A stretch of DNA of 64,000 bases, from the IMG/VR virus record IMGVR_UViG_3300044911_000835, positions 1 to 64,000 of that record; one strand, 5' to 3'. Below, piece by piece: positions 32,711 to 42,686 of the stretch. The DNA comes from a virus. Numbering within the stretch: the first letter of the stretch is position 1; the number at the start of each line of letters is the position of its first letter. The notes under the pieces are model-generated. The model searched no databases and was not told the origin of the DNA. It worked only from the letters and a program-made list of their open reading frames with translations. Position numbers and translations under genes: made by a program.

Positions 32711-33070
32711 ATGAAACCCATATTTTTTGACTGGGATAAAGTTATAAAGACTGCTAAGCATGACCACTATAAAATATTGGATATGTTTAAACAGTTTTCA
32801 AAAGAAGGTGTACCACCCAAGCTAGCTGGAAACAGCTTTATCTTAAATGTACAAGATTTGATGAATCAAGGAGGTTTCGATTCTGAAAAATTTGACTACA
32901 TTATCTTAGCTGCAATCAGAAACTATTTCGATTACGAGTATCAGAATGAAGTTGGCTTATGGCTTCCTTATTCACCTATTGATACAGTTAAAATCTCTAA
33001 AAATAGGCTATTGCAAATTTGCGACAACTACATACGATTTAAACACGAGGAAATACAAAATGGCACTTAA
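32711..33070 (+). CDS. hypothetical protein (T5 synteny)
   Basis: FFDW, GNSFILN, NRLL. Confidence 0.7.
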   Translation: MKPIFFDWDKVIKTAKHDHYKILDMFKQFSKEGVPPKLAGNSFILNVQDLMNQGGFDSEKFDYIILAAIRNYFDYEYQNEVGLWLPYSPIDTVKISKNRLLQICDNYIRFKHEEIQNGT

Positions 33071-33701
33071 ATTTGCTAATACTAAAGGCGCTGCAATTAA
33101 AGGCGCAGAAGCTTATACTTACAAAGATGGCGAGAATACTATCCGTATCTTTGGAGATGTTCTACCACGTTACCTTTATTGGATTAAAGGAAAGAATAAT
33201 AAAGATATTCCACTAGAGTGTTTATCTTTTGATCGTGAAAAAGAAAAATTCACTAATAAAGAGAAGGATTGGGTAAAGGAATTTTATCCAGAACTTAAGT
33301 GTGGCTGGGCTTACTGCGTTATGGGGTATTCTCTGACCGAGAAAAAACCAGTTGTTATTAACCTGAAGAAAAAACTATTTGAACAGATTCTTGGTGCTGC
33401 AGAAGACCTAGGTGATCCAACCGATCCAGATACTGGATGGGATATTGTATTCAAGCGTGCCAAAACTGGTGCTCAAGCCTTCAATGTAGAGTATACTCTT
33501 AGTGTACTACGCTGCAAAGCTCGTTCACTATCAGAAGAAGAACGTACTATGATTGCTGCAGCTAAGACTGTAGATGAATCTGTACCACGTTTAACTGCGG
33601 AAGATCAAAAGAACTTCCTTGATAGTTTGAAGTCTGAATCTGATTCAGCTAGTGAAGTTCCAGCTGAGGTTAAGGAAGAAGTCGACGATATTCCTATGTA
33701 A
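33060..33701 (+). CDS. single-stranded DNA-binding protein (T5 D11-like)
   Basis: PRY.YW, LKKKL, GDPTD..GWD, acidic C-terminus; start at ATG 33060. Confidence 0.88.
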   Translation: MALKFANTKGAAIKGAEAYTYKDGENTIRIFGDVLPRYLYWIKGKNNKDIPLECLSFDREKEKFTNKEKDWVKEFYPELKCGWAYCVMGYSLTEKKPVVINLKKKLFEQILGAAEDLGDPTDPDTGWDIVFKRAKTGAQAFNVEYTLSVLRCKARSLSEEERTMIAAAKTVDESVPRLTAEDQKNFLDSLKSESDSASEVPAEVKEEVDDIPM

Positions 33702-33708
33702 AAGAAAT

Positions 33709-33730
33709 AAAGGCTCCCTCGGGAGCTTTT
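33709..33730 (+). terminator. intrinsic terminator
   Basis: AAAGGCTCC CTCG GGAGCTTTT. Confidence 0.75.
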
Positions 33731-33746
33731 ATTGCCTGGAGAAACT

Positions 33747-33938
33747 ATGTTGGATAAGCATATAACTTTTACTTATGGGGAGCTAATTGAAGCATTCAAT
33801 GAGTGGAATAAAATATTAGAGCAAGATAAAGTACCAGAAAGGCCTACAGGTAATACCTGGGGTGAAATGTTTACTAATTATCTTATTACTTCTGTTAATA
33901 AGATAAGGGCCGAGAAGCTTACTAGCTATAGACAATGA
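33747..33938 (+). CDS. hypothetical protein
   Basis: GGAG RBS. Confidence 0.55.
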   Translation: MLDKHITFTYGELIEAFNEWNKILEQDKVPERPTGNTWGEMFTNYLITSVNKIRAEKLTSYRQ

Positions 33939-34885
33939 AAATCCTATTCACAGCCGATTGGCATATTAAACTTAATCAGAAAAACGTACCTATCGACTGG
34001 CAGGAGGCTAGGTATTTAGAATTAGTACAACAACTAAATAAGATTATTGTAGAACTAAAAATAGATCTTCTAGTAATCGGTGGAGATGTGTTTGATCGGG
34101 TTCCTACTATTGAAGAGCTTGAATTATACTTTGCTATGATGCAAGCCCTAAACCCCAGAATTGATATAATTATATATTCTGGAAATCATGAAGCTGTAAA
34201 GAAGCATACCACTTTCTTATCTAGACTAATACGGATAAGCTCAGTAATTAATTCTAGGGTTATCATACTAGATGACTACTATAGTATTGGAAATATGGAT
34301 TTTATTCCATACAATAGGCTGAAGGATAAATGGCCAAATTTTACTGGTAATATTTGTTTCACTCACGTTAGAGGTGAGATACCTCCTCACGTTAAGTCAG
34401 AAATTGACCTAGACTTATTTAATAGGTGGGAACTAGTACTAGCAGGTGATCTACACAGTCACAGTAACTGCCAACGTAATATTCTCTATCCTGGTTCTCC
34501 ACTAACCACAAGTTTTCATAGAAATGAAGTAGAGACTGGTGTAATAATTTTAGATTCTGAAACACTACATTGGGACTTCAAAGAACTCAATCTACCTCAG
34601 CTATTAAGAAAGACTGTCTCTAGTCCAGAAGAAATGATTCCTACAGATTTTCATCATACTATATATGAAATTGAGGGAGATGTTGGTGATCTAGCCAATA
34701 TTAAGAATTCTGAATTACTAGACAAGAAAATTGTTAAACGCGAACATAAGTCAAGACTCTCTCTGAATAATCTAAGTATAGAAGAGGAGCTTAGATTATA
34801 CTTAGACGAAGTGCTAGAAATCTCAAATATTGACGAGATATTGAAGGGGGCAAATGATTATATTAAAGACGCTAACATGGAGTAA
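33935..34885 (+). CDS. SbcD/Mre11-like nuclease (T5 D12-like)
   Basis: ADWH, GGDVFD, GNHE, GDLH, YPGSP. Confidence 0.92.
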   Translation: MKILFTADWHIKLNQKNVPIDWQEARYLELVQQLNKIIVELKIDLLVIGGDVFDRVPTIEELELYFAMMQALNPRIDIIIYSGNHEAVKKHTTFLSRLIRISSVINSRVIILDDYYSIGNMDFIPYNRLKDKWPNFTGNICFTHVRGEIPPHVKSEIDLDLFNRWELVLAGDLHSHSNCQRNILYPGSPLTTSFHRNEVETGVIILDSETLHWDFKELNLPQLLRKTVSSPEEMIPTDFHHTIYEIEGDVGDLANIKNSELLDKKIVKREHKSRLSLNNLSIEEELRLYLDEVLEISNIDEILKGANDYIKDANME

Positions 34886-36662
34886 CTTATTTTCTTATGG
34901 CGCCGGGAACACAATCTCTTTAGATGAAGAACCAATTACGCAGTTAGTTGGATTAAATGGACATGGTAAATCTAGTATTCCTCTTATACTAGAAGAAGTG
35001 CTATTTAATAAGAATTCTAAGGGAATTAAAAAGGGTGATGTAGTAAATAGACAACTGAATACTAGCAAGTATTCAGGAGTTTGTACATTCTCAATATTTG
35101 ATAAAAACTACCAAATGTCCATTGATAGGTCAGGTGCTACTCAAAAAGTTAAACTTATTGAAGATGGAACAGATATTTCTAGCCATACCGCTACTGCTAC
35201 TTTTTCGCAACTAGAAGAGTTATTCGGTGTAGATGCTAAGACATTTAGCCAATTGGTATATCAAAATTCGGGGTCGTCGTTACAATTTCTTACTGCAACC
35301 GATAGTAATAGAAAAAAATTTCTTATAGACTTATTATCTCTAGATAGGTATATAACTATCTTCGAGCGTGTAAAAGTAGCACATAAAGAACTAGCGGACA
35401 AACTATTGAAACTAGGGGCTAAGGAATCTACGGTACGCAGCTGGCTTGAGAGTGCAGGTAAGACAGTATTGAAAGAAATTCCGCTTGCAGAAGTACCTTC
35501 CTTAGATAGTACAAAAGCGACCCAATTGGGAACTTTAAAAGCACAGCTAGTGGAAATAAATGGTATAAATGCTAAGATTAGTGCGAATAATTTGTACAAA
35601 GAAAAAATTTCGTCTATTGATTCATCAGCGTTAGTAAGTACAAAAGCGACCATTTCTACAAAAGCACTAGAGCAGCAACGAGCAGAAGTTCAGCTAGAAC
35701 TAAAGCAATATGCTGCTACAGTAAAGAAGTATAGTGGACTACATTCCGGTGAATGTCCTACTTGTACACAACCAATTGATACTCACAAAATAAAGAGTAT
35801 TGTAGATGATGCGTTGGCACTATCAGAAATTAAAAAAGCTACCGAAAAGCGTATATTAGAAGAGATAGCCTTAGCAGAAGCCAATAATAAAGAAGTTTCT
35901 GCGCATCAAGCTTTGGTAAAAGAGTTTGAACAGTTATCTATATTAATTGACAGGTCTTTACCGCAATTAACTTTAGATAAAGAAGAACTCGACGCTAAAA
36001 TTGAAGAACTTGAGAACTATATAGACTCTATTAATTCTGCTATTACTAAAGTTACTAAGGCTAATAATACTGCGTCAGCTACTAATGCTAAAATCGCAGC
36101 GATTAGAGATCAATTAGATAGTTATACAAAAGAGTTAGATACTCTATCGAAAGAAACTATAGAACTAGAGAAAGCTTTTTCAATACTAGAAGTTCTTAAG
36201 AAAGCCTTTAGTACAACTGGACTAATTGCATACAAGATAGAAAACTCTGTAAAAGAATTAGAAGCTCTTACAAATGAGTACTTATCTGAACTTAGTGATG
36301 GAAGATTCGAGTTACTGTTTGTTCTAGAAAAAGATAAGCTTAATATAGTGATTGTGGATAATGGAAAAGAAATTGAAATTACAGCACTTTCTGCAGGTGA
36401 GTTGGCTAGAGTAACTACCAGTACTTTGCTTGCAATTAGAAAGTTAATGTCTAGTTTATCTAAGTCTCGTATCAATATTCTATTTCTTGATGAAGTCATT
36501 GATGTACTCGATACATACGGAAAAGAAAAGTTAATTGAAGTTCTTCTGAAAGAAGATGGACTTAATACATTTCTAATATCCCACTCCTACTCCCATCCTC
36601 TGGTTAAAAGGTTAGAAGTTATAAAAGAAGAAGGTATTTCAAGGTTGAATTATGGCAGTTGA
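34854..36662 (+). CDS. SbcC/Rad50-like ATPase (T5 D13-like)
   Basis: GLNGHGKSS, CPTC hook, LSAGE, FLDE. Confidence 0.93.
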   Translation: MIILKTLTWSNLFSYGAGNTISLDEEPITQLVGLNGHGKSSIPLILEEVLFNKNSKGIKKGDVVNRQLNTSKYSGVCTFSIFDKNYQMSIDRSGATQKVKLIEDGTDISSHTATATFSQLEELFGVDAKTFSQLVYQNSGSSLQFLTATDSNRKKFLIDLLSLDRYITIFERVKVAHKELADKLLKLGAKESTVRSWLESAGKTVLKEIPLAEVPSLDSTKATQLGTLKAQLVEINGINAKISANNLYKEKISSIDSSALVSTKATISTKALEQQRAEVQLELKQYAATVKKYSGLHSGECPTCTQPIDTHKIKSIVDDALALSEIKKATEKRILEEIALAEANNKEVSAHQALVKEFEQLSILIDRSLPQLTLDKEELDAKIEELENYIDSINSAITKVTKANNTASATNAKIAAIRDQLDSYTKELDTLSKETIELEKAFSILEVLKKAFSTTGLIAYKIENSVKELEALTNEYLSELSDGRFELLFVLEKDKLNIVIVDNGKEIEITALSAGELARVTTSTLLAIRKLMSSLSKSRINILFLDEVIDVLDTYGKEKLIEVLLKEDGLNTFLISHSYSHPLVKRLEVIKEEGISRLNYGS

Positions 36663-37110
36663 TAGTAGAGCAAAAGGCGCTAGAGCGGAAATGGTTGTTC
36701 GTGATGAAATGCGTAAGTTAACAGGACTACAGTGGGAAAGAATTCCCGCTTCTGGAGCACTTTCGGCAGTTCACCAACTTAAGGGTGATTTATACATACC
36801 GGGGGAGTATAATCATTACTGTGTAGAAGTCAAACATTACGCAGAGGATTCCTTATCATCTACTTACCTAACTGGTGTGAATCCGCAGCTTTCTCAATTT
36901 TGGGAACAAACAGTTAGAGAGTCTAGTCAGGTTAATAAGAAACCACTATTAATATATAAGTATGATAGATCAAAACTCTATGCTTGTATGAATGACTTAC
37001 TAGTAGATCAGAAAGATTATCCTCATCGCTATTTATATAGTTATGAGGGATTTTATATTACTAGACTAGAACAGTGGGTTAACTTCTGCGAACCGGAGTG
37101 GACCAAATGA
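36652..37110 (+). CDS. T5 D14-like nuclease (Holliday junction resolvase-like)
   Basis: SRAKGARAE, R.PASGA, KGD, EVK. Confidence 0.85.
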   Translation: MAVDSRAKGARAEMVVRDEMRKLTGLQWERIPASGALSAVHQLKGDLYIPGEYNHYCVEVKHYAEDSLSSTYLTGVNPQLSQFWEQTVRESSQVNKKPLLIYKYDRSKLYACMNDLLVDQKDYPHRYLYSYEGFYITRLEQWVNFCEPEWTK

Positions 37111-37280
37111 GTGAGGATATTAGAGAGTTATTTGAAAACTGCGAAATAACTAAAACCTTGGCTGGCACAGCAGAATGGCACGAAGATAAACAAAGATATA
37201 CAATATTTTCTTCTAAGCAGTTTGCTTGGGAGATTTTTAAAGAGGCTTACTACTTAGGAAGTATACATGGAAGAAATTGA
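37098..37280 (+). CDS. hypothetical protein
   Basis: ORF in operon. Confidence 0.5.
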   Translation: MDQMSEDIRELFENCEITKTLAGTAEWHEDKQRYTIFSSKQFAWEIFKEAYYLGSIHGRN

Positions 37281-38133
37281 CGAGTTAGAACAACTTAGTG
37301 TAAAACCTACTAAATCTTTTGCATCTATGGTTAAGAAAGATGAAGATATAGTTATGGTAGTAGATGCTCTGAACTTAGCTTTCCGTTATCTTCATAGTGG
37401 ACAATTAAACTTTGCTAATGATTATTTAAAGACAGTACAAAGTTTATCTCAGAGTTATAGTGCTGGTAGGGTAATTATAGCGTGTGATCAAGGTTCCTCT
37501 TCATTTAGAAAGAATATATACCCAGAGTATAAAGCTAATCGTAAAGAGAAGTATGAACTACAAACTCCTGAAGAGAAAGAGAAGTTTGATAGGTTCTTCA
37601 AAGATTTTGAAGATACACTTTTACTTCTAGCAGAGCATTATGAGGTACTACGCTATGAAAATGTTGAAGCGGATGATATTGCAGCTTATATTGTGGCTAC
37701 TCTTAATTATGAGCATATCTGGCTTATATCTTCTGACAAGGACTGGGACTTACTCATATCCCCTTCCGTTTCAAGGTTTAGTTATGTAACTAGAAAAGAA
37801 ATAACAGAAGATAATTGGCCCTATGATTGCTCAAAAGAAAACTACTTAGGACTAAAATGTTTACAAGGTGACTCTGGAGATAATATACTAGGAGTAGATG
37901 GCATAGGGCCAAAAAGAGCTATTACACTATTAGAACAATATGATGATATTTTTAGTATTATTGACCTTCTACCTTTACCTGGTAAACAAAAATTTATACA
38001 GAACCTCAATGCGTCTGGCTCGTTGCTAGAACTTAATTTAAAATTAATGGATTTACCTACATACTGCGAAGAAGCAATAGGTGAAGATAACATTCAAGAC
38101 ATTAAACGGAGATTAAAAATTGTTACTAATTGA
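37267..38133 (+). CDS. 5'-3' exonuclease / flap endonuclease (T5 D15-like)
   Basis: DALNLAFR, YKANR, EADD, SSDKD, GDSGDNI.GV.GIGPK. Confidence 0.94.
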   Translation: MEEIDELEQLSVKPTKSFASMVKKDEDIVMVVDALNLAFRYLHSGQLNFANDYLKTVQSLSQSYSAGRVIIACDQGSSSFRKNIYPEYKANRKEKYELQTPEEKEKFDRFFKDFEDTLLLLAEHYEVLRYENVEADDIAAYIVATLNYEHIWLISSDKDWDLLISPSVSRFSYVTRKEITEDNWPYDCSKENYLGLKCLQGDSGDNILGVDGIGPKRAITLLEQYDDIFSIIDLLPLPGKQKFIQNLNASGSLLELNLKLMDLPTYCEEAIGEDNIQDIKRRLKIVTN

Positions 38134-38548
38134 ATACAATACAGATGATGTTGATCTAACACCTTGTAGAGCTCATGAATCAGATGCTGGTGCAGACTTA
38201 CGTGCTGCCGAAGATTATATTATTAGACCACATACTGCTGAGTTAGTTGATACAGGAATTCGTGTAGCTATACCCCCGGGGTATTTTGGAATGGTAGTGA
38301 GTAGGTCTGGCCATGGAAAGCATCGTATTTCCTTAGCCAATCGTGTTGGAATTATCGATTCTGATTACCGAGGTAATATTATGGTCAGATTAGAAAATCT
38401 TGGTGACGCTGACTTCGTTATTAAACGTCTTGATCGTGTAGCTCAGTTAGTACTTATTCCTTGCTTACTTCCAGACTTTGTACTATCGGATGACTTAGAT
38501 GAGACTGCCCGTGGAACGGGCGGATTTGGAAGTACTGGAGTTAATTAA
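38120..38548 (+). CDS. dut: trimeric dUTPase
   Basis: DAGADL, RSG, GIIDSDYRG, AQL, RGTGGFGSTG. Confidence 0.95.
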   Translation: MLLIEYNTDDVDLTPCRAHESDAGADLRAAEDYIIRPHTAELVDTGIRVAIPPGYFGMVVSRSGHGKHRISLANRVGIIDSDYRGNIMVRLENLGDADFVIKRLDRVAQLVLIPCLLPDFVLSDDLDETARGTGGFGSTGVN

Positions 38549-40515
38549 TGTATAAGGCATCAACTAGAGCAGCGGTAATTACACGTAGAACATATAATAG
38601 ACCATTAAATGAGCTTGGTACTATCTTTGAAACTTGGAAACTAACAGTAGCTAGAGTTATTGACCATCAGCAATGGCTATGGGAAAGAGCTAAAGGTTCT
38701 GAGTTAAATGATGCGGAGTTTGCAGAGTTATATGAGCTAGAAGAGCTTATGCTAGACCGTAAGGTTTCAATGAGTGGTAGAACCTTATGGTTAGGTGGTA
38801 CTGATATTTCTAAATATAGAGAAGCTAGTCAGTTTAACTGTTCTTATACAAATATTGAAACTGTATACGATATAGTAGATAGTTTATGGCTACTATTACA
38901 AGGTTGTGGTCTTGGAGTACGTCCAATTGTAGGAACTCTAAATGGTTTTGTTAATCCTATAGATGATATTCGTATTATTCCTAGTACTAGAACTGCTAAA
39001 GGTGGTCTTGAGTACAATGAGGAGTTCTGGGATGCTGAGACTAGAGTTTGGCGTATTAAAATTGGAGATTCAGCCGAAGCCTGGGCTAAATCTATTGGTA
39101 AACTAATTGCAGGTAAGTATCCAGCAAAAACTTTAGTATTAGACTTTTCCGAGCTACGACCAGCAGGTGAACGGTTAAAGGGTTATGGGTGGATTAGCTC
39201 CGGTTATTACGCTATTGCTAAGGCTTATAAAGCTATAGCTAAAATCCTATCTTCTAAAGCAGACTCACTATTATCCAGAATAGATATTATGGATATTATT
39301 ACTTGGTTAGGAACTATTCTTAGTAGTCGTAGAAGTGCTGAAATTGTTATATTCGAGTATAATCAACCTGAATGGGAAGAATTTGCTGTAGCTAAAAAAG
39401 ATTGGTGGCTACATGATAATGCACATAGAACACAGTCTAATAATTCTCTACTATTTAAAGAGAAACCTACCCTTAAAGAACTTCGTAAAATTTTCCAAAT
39501 TATGGAAGAAGCCGGGGGTTCTGAGCCTGGGTTTATTAATGGTGAAGAAGCCTTGCGTCGAGCTCCATGGTTTCAAGGATGTAATCCTTGTGTAGAAATT
39601 CTACTTGGGTCTAAGTCCTTTTGTAATCTTACAGAAATCGACATTGGTAAGTTTAAGAAAGATGCCTCCGGTCTACATAGGGCAGCCTACTTAGCTGCAA
39701 GGGCTAATTATAGACAAACCTGTGTTAATCTTAAAGATGGTATTCTACAAGAATCTTGGCACCTTAATAATGCCTTCCTAAGATTATGTGGAGTTGGCCT
39801 AACTGGTATTGCTAAGCGTCCTGATATGAAGGCTTATGATTACCAATATTTACAGCGTACCGCTACTTCCGCTGCTATTGGTATGGCTGATGAACTTAAG
39901 CTTCCACATCCGAAGAACGTCACTACTGTAAAACCGAGTGGTACACTAAGTAAAATTATGGACACAACAGAAGGTGCCCATATGCCTTTAGGTAAGTACA
40001 TTTTTAATAATGTACAGTTTAGTAAGTTTGATCCTGTAGTAGAAAAACTACGCGATGCAAACTATAATGTTATTAATCATCCAACTGACGACTCAGGAGT
40101 TCTAGTAACATTTCCAGTTCGCTGGGATGATGTTCCCTTCCATAAAGTAAATGGAAAGGAAGTAAACCTAGAAAGTGCTATTGATCAGTTAGAGCGCTAT
40201 AAGCTACTACAGAAAAACTGGACCCAGCAGAATACTTCTGTAACTATTAGTTATGATCCTAGTGAAGTTGATGGTATTGTACAGTGGTTATTTGATAATT
40301 GGGATATTTATGTAGGAGTTAGTTTCCTATATAGAACTGATCCTACTAAAACTGCAAAAGACTTAGGCTATTTATATTTACCACAAGAAGTAGTAACAGA
40401 AGATGACTATAATAGATATGTAGCTACGCTACTAGAAGTAGACCTTGAGTCTGCTAATTCCTTTGATGAACTTCGTGATGAAGGATGTGCTACAGGTGCT
40501 TGCCCAATTAGGTAA
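38548..40515 (+). CDS. nrdJ: class II (cobalamin-dependent, monomeric type) ribonucleotide reductase
   Basis: RTYNR, GRTLW, FNC, RRSAE, NPCVE, FCNL, TVKPSGT, C-terminal CATGACPIR. Confidence 0.92.
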   Translation: MYKASTRAAVITRRTYNRPLNELGTIFETWKLTVARVIDHQQWLWERAKGSELNDAEFAELYELEELMLDRKVSMSGRTLWLGGTDISKYREASQFNCSYTNIETVYDIVDSLWLLLQGCGLGVRPIVGTLNGFVNPIDDIRIIPSTRTAKGGLEYNEEFWDAETRVWRIKIGDSAEAWAKSIGKLIAGKYPAKTLVLDFSELRPAGERLKGYGWISSGYYAIAKAYKAIAKILSSKADSLLSRIDIMDIITWLGTILSSRRSAEIVIFEYNQPEWEEFAVAKKDWWLHDNAHRTQSNNSLLFKEKPTLKELRKIFQIMEEAGGSEPGFINGEEALRRAPWFQGCNPCVEILLGSKSFCNLTEIDIGKFKKDASGLHRAAYLAARANYRQTCVNLKDGILQESWHLNNAFLRLCGVGLTGIAKRPDMKAYDYQYLQRTATSAAIGMADELKLPHPKNVTTVKPSGTLSKIMDTTEGAHMPLGKYIFNNVQFSKFDPVVEKLRDANYNVINHPTDDSGVLVTFPVRWDDVPFHKVNGKEVNLESAIDQLERYKLLQKNWTQQNTSVTISYDPSEVDGIVQWLFDNWDIYVGVSFLYRTDPTKTAKDLGYLYLPQEVVTEDDYNRYVATLLEVDLESANSFDELRDEGCATGACPIR

Positions 40516-40745
40516 TGGATAAGTTACTTGAAGAACTAAAACCTTTACAGCTAAGGCCTAAACCTTTATACTGTACTGGTAGTAGTAATTGCTGGTGTTT
40601 TAGGTTAGAAACCAGACTACCAAGTCATGCAGACTATGATATATGTATGACACCAAAAGAGTTGTTAGAGATGTATAGTCCTGAACTAACTTCTAACGAT
40701 ATTAACTATTTAAAAAGTATTGAGTCTAAGGAGTGTATATGGTAG
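40515..40745 (+). CDS. small Cys-rich CWC-type protein
   Basis: CTGSSNCWC...C. Confidence 0.65.
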   Translation: MDKLLEELKPLQLRPKPLYCTGSSNCWCFRLETRLPSHADYDICMTPKELLEMYSPELTSNDINYLKSIESKECIW

Positions 40746-40921
40746 AATTTAAGTTTAGTATTGGTGATGAAGTATACCATGGTCGTACAGGTATTGGTGG
40801 ATATGTAATTGGTCTATATCAGAATAGAACAGGTGCACTAGTATCAGAAATTGAGTACGTTACAGAGAATGGTAGTGTACAAATAATGTGGTGGCCAGAA
40901 GCTGAACTAGAATTAATGTAA
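40733..40921 (+). CDS. hypothetical protein
   Basis: FKFSIGDEV SH3-like start. Confidence 0.6.
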   Translation: MYMVEFKFSIGDEVYHGRTGIGGYVIGLYQNRTGALVSEIEYVTENGSVQIMWWPEAELELM

Positions 40922-40957
40922 GTACAAAACCGATTGTAGTACAAAACCGACCCAAAT

Positions 40958-40994
40958 AAAAAGCCCTAACAGAGTAATCTGTTAGGGCTTTTTT
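40958..40994. terminator. bidirectional terminator between convergent blocks
   Basis: AAAAAGCCCTAACAGA GTAA TCTGTTAGGGCTTTTT. Confidence 0.9.
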
Positions 40995-41446
40995 CATGCT
41001 ACAAGACCTATTTTATAAATAGTCTTTCCATTCTCTTTTACTGCTGTTAGTACTTGTTGTTTACTACCATATGATATGTGAACCCATCCAGACTCTACAT
41101 CCCCAGGAGTATAGAACTCTAGTATAAGCTGTTTAAATTTTAGATTTTGTTCACACCATTTAGCTAACATATAGTTAGATAGATTAGGAACCTCAATATC
41201 TGCGGCTAAACCTAGTACATGATCAGATGTTTTTGAACCACCAATGGCTACATTTAACTGAGGACTCCTATACCCACTATTAATTATAACTGCGCCAAAC
41301 TGATCTCTAATAGGTTGCAGAATTTTAGATGTTAGTAACATTAAATTATTAACTACAAGACTAGAAGGTGTATTATCAATACCTTTCCTAGATGCGTAGT
41401 CGCTTTTTGTAAGTTCCTTCAATGTAAAGTTTTTACTTAATTGCAT
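40994..41446 (-). CDS. endolysin, peptidase M15A type
   Basis: LSKNFTL.EL, INSGYR, S.H..G.AAD, WVHIS. Confidence 0.9.
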   Translation of the reverse strand: MQLSKNFTLKELTKSDYASRKGIDNTPSSLVVNNLMLLTSKILQPIRDQFGAVIINSGYRSPQLNVAIGGSKTSDHVLGLAADIEVPNLSNYMLAKWCEQNLKFKQLILEFYTPGDVESGWVHISYGSKQQVLTAVKENGKTIYKIGLVA

Positions 41447-41690
41447 TAAACTCCCTCAAATAATTTTTATAAGAGTTTGATAAACCCTCATGCTTACCAG
41501 AACATTCCTCAAAAGCCTTTTTATCCTTTGCTTTCTGTGCTAGTACATCTTCCCAACTAGTAAACGGGCTTTCTAATACGGATTGAATACATGAAGAAGT
41601 TAGGTATGAATCGAAACTAGGTGGTTTAGGTACTGGAGCACAGCATCCTGCTAACAAGACACTACTGAATATCAGACTTTTTAGTAACAT
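41433..41690 (-). CDS. o-spanin (lipoprotein)
   Basis: LLAGC lipobox, Pro-rich linker, C..KH. Confidence 0.8.
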   Translation of the reverse strand: MLLKSLIFSSVLLAGCCAPVPKPPSFDSYLTSSCIQSVLESPFTSWEDVLAQKAKDKKAFEECSGKHEGLSNSYKNYLREFNAIK

Positions 41691-42015
41691 TATCTATTTC
41701 ACTCCATATTTTTGAAAAGTCTTCTGAAGGTACACAAGGTACATTAGTAAGAGGTTTCTGTTTAACTCTACCTAGTATAGTACCCAGTCTAGCATCTAGC
41801 TCTAGCATACTAGACTGGTTCCTACGTGCTTCTTCCTGTGAAAATTCTCTAACTTTATCGAGCTTACCTTGAATTAGCTCAAATTGTTGTAGTCTTTCAA
41901 GTTCAACTTTATCGGCCTTATAACTATAACCACTAGAAAATCCTAGTACTAAAGCGATCAATATTCCAGCTATTATCTGAAAGTATTTATTTTTCAGTAT
42001 TGCTATTAGTTCCAT
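41662..42015 (-). CDS. i-spanin
   Basis: N-terminal TM, coiled coil, C-terminal Cys. Confidence 0.8.
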   Translation of the reverse strand: MELIAILKNKYFQIIAGILIALVLGFSSGYSYKADKVELERLQQFELIQGKLDKVREFSQEEARRNQSSMLELDARLGTILGRVKQKPLTNVPCVPSEDFSKIWSEIDNVTKKSDIQ

Positions 42016-42241
42016 ACTTGGCTCCTAGGAATTTATTGGCGAATTTATTACCTGTTACAAGTCCCATATAAGCTAGAGTATACCAAGCTAAACCTTCTAG
42101 ATTTACTACAGGTGCTAAAGATGCTTTATAGGAGGCGTATAGAAATACGGCTGTAGCAGCCGTATTTGCTATATTAAACCAAACTCTAGAACTGGATAAT
42201 TTACCTCCAGGCTCCTCTTGTACTAATTCTTCTAATTTCAT
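41987..42241 (-). CDS. probable holin
   Basis: two TM segments, G.LSSSR motif, heads the lysis cassette. Confidence 0.7.
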   Translation of the reverse strand: MKLEELVQEEPGGKLSSSRVWFNIANTAATAVFLYASYKASLAPVVNLEGLAWYTLAYMGLVTGNKFANKFLGAKYGTNSNTEK

Positions 42242-42645
42242 GGTTCAGGCTCTGGTTCAGGCTCTGGTTCAGGCTCTGGTTCAGGCTCTGGTTCAGGCTC
42301 TGGTTCAGGCTCTGGTTCAGGCTCTGGTTCAGGCTCTGGCGTGTCTCGTATTGTCGCGTAGTGGAAGTACGCAGAAAAAAGTAGCCCATAGATATCCCCC
42401 ATCGTCACTGATGTACCAGTTGGAAGCAGCGTGACTGGATCGTATATCTCGATAACTTCTGCTGGATCATATTGAGCCGTCATCGGCGCATCGGGTTGGT
42501 CTCTCAGCGTCAAGTCACCAACTGATGTAATGCGCTCTTCCGTGAATGTCACGCTAGGCAAAGAATTCAACGGATTGTGTATCTCGACTAAACGACAACG
42601 TTGATAACTTTCGCCGGTTAGGGATGTTTGTTTGTAATTTGACAT
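42238..42645 (-). CDS. tail-fibre-associated protein with (EP)n tail
   Basis: last gene of fibre module; Glu-Pro repeat C-terminus. Confidence 0.75.
   Translation of the reverse strand: MSNYKQTSLTGESYQRCRLVEIHNPLNSLPSVTFTEERITSVGDLTLRDQPDAPMTAQYDPAEVIEIYDPVTLLPTGTSVTMGDIYGLLFSAYFHYATIRDTPEPEPEPEPEPEPEPEPEPEPEPEPEPEPEPEP
42241..42339. repeat. perfect 12-bp tandem repeat x8
   Basis: (TGGTTCAGGCTC)8. Confidence 0.95.
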
Positions 42646-42686
42646 TTTAATCTCTCTCTAATAATTACACTATCAACTGCGGTTGA

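Noticed and set aside
28479-40515. Introns or inteins in pol, helicases or nrdJ
   Set aside because: Lengths are normal and no splicing motifs were seen.
42201-42434. ORFs with QSLN and VQAL repeats
   Set aside because: Alternate-frame shadows of the 12-bp repeat.
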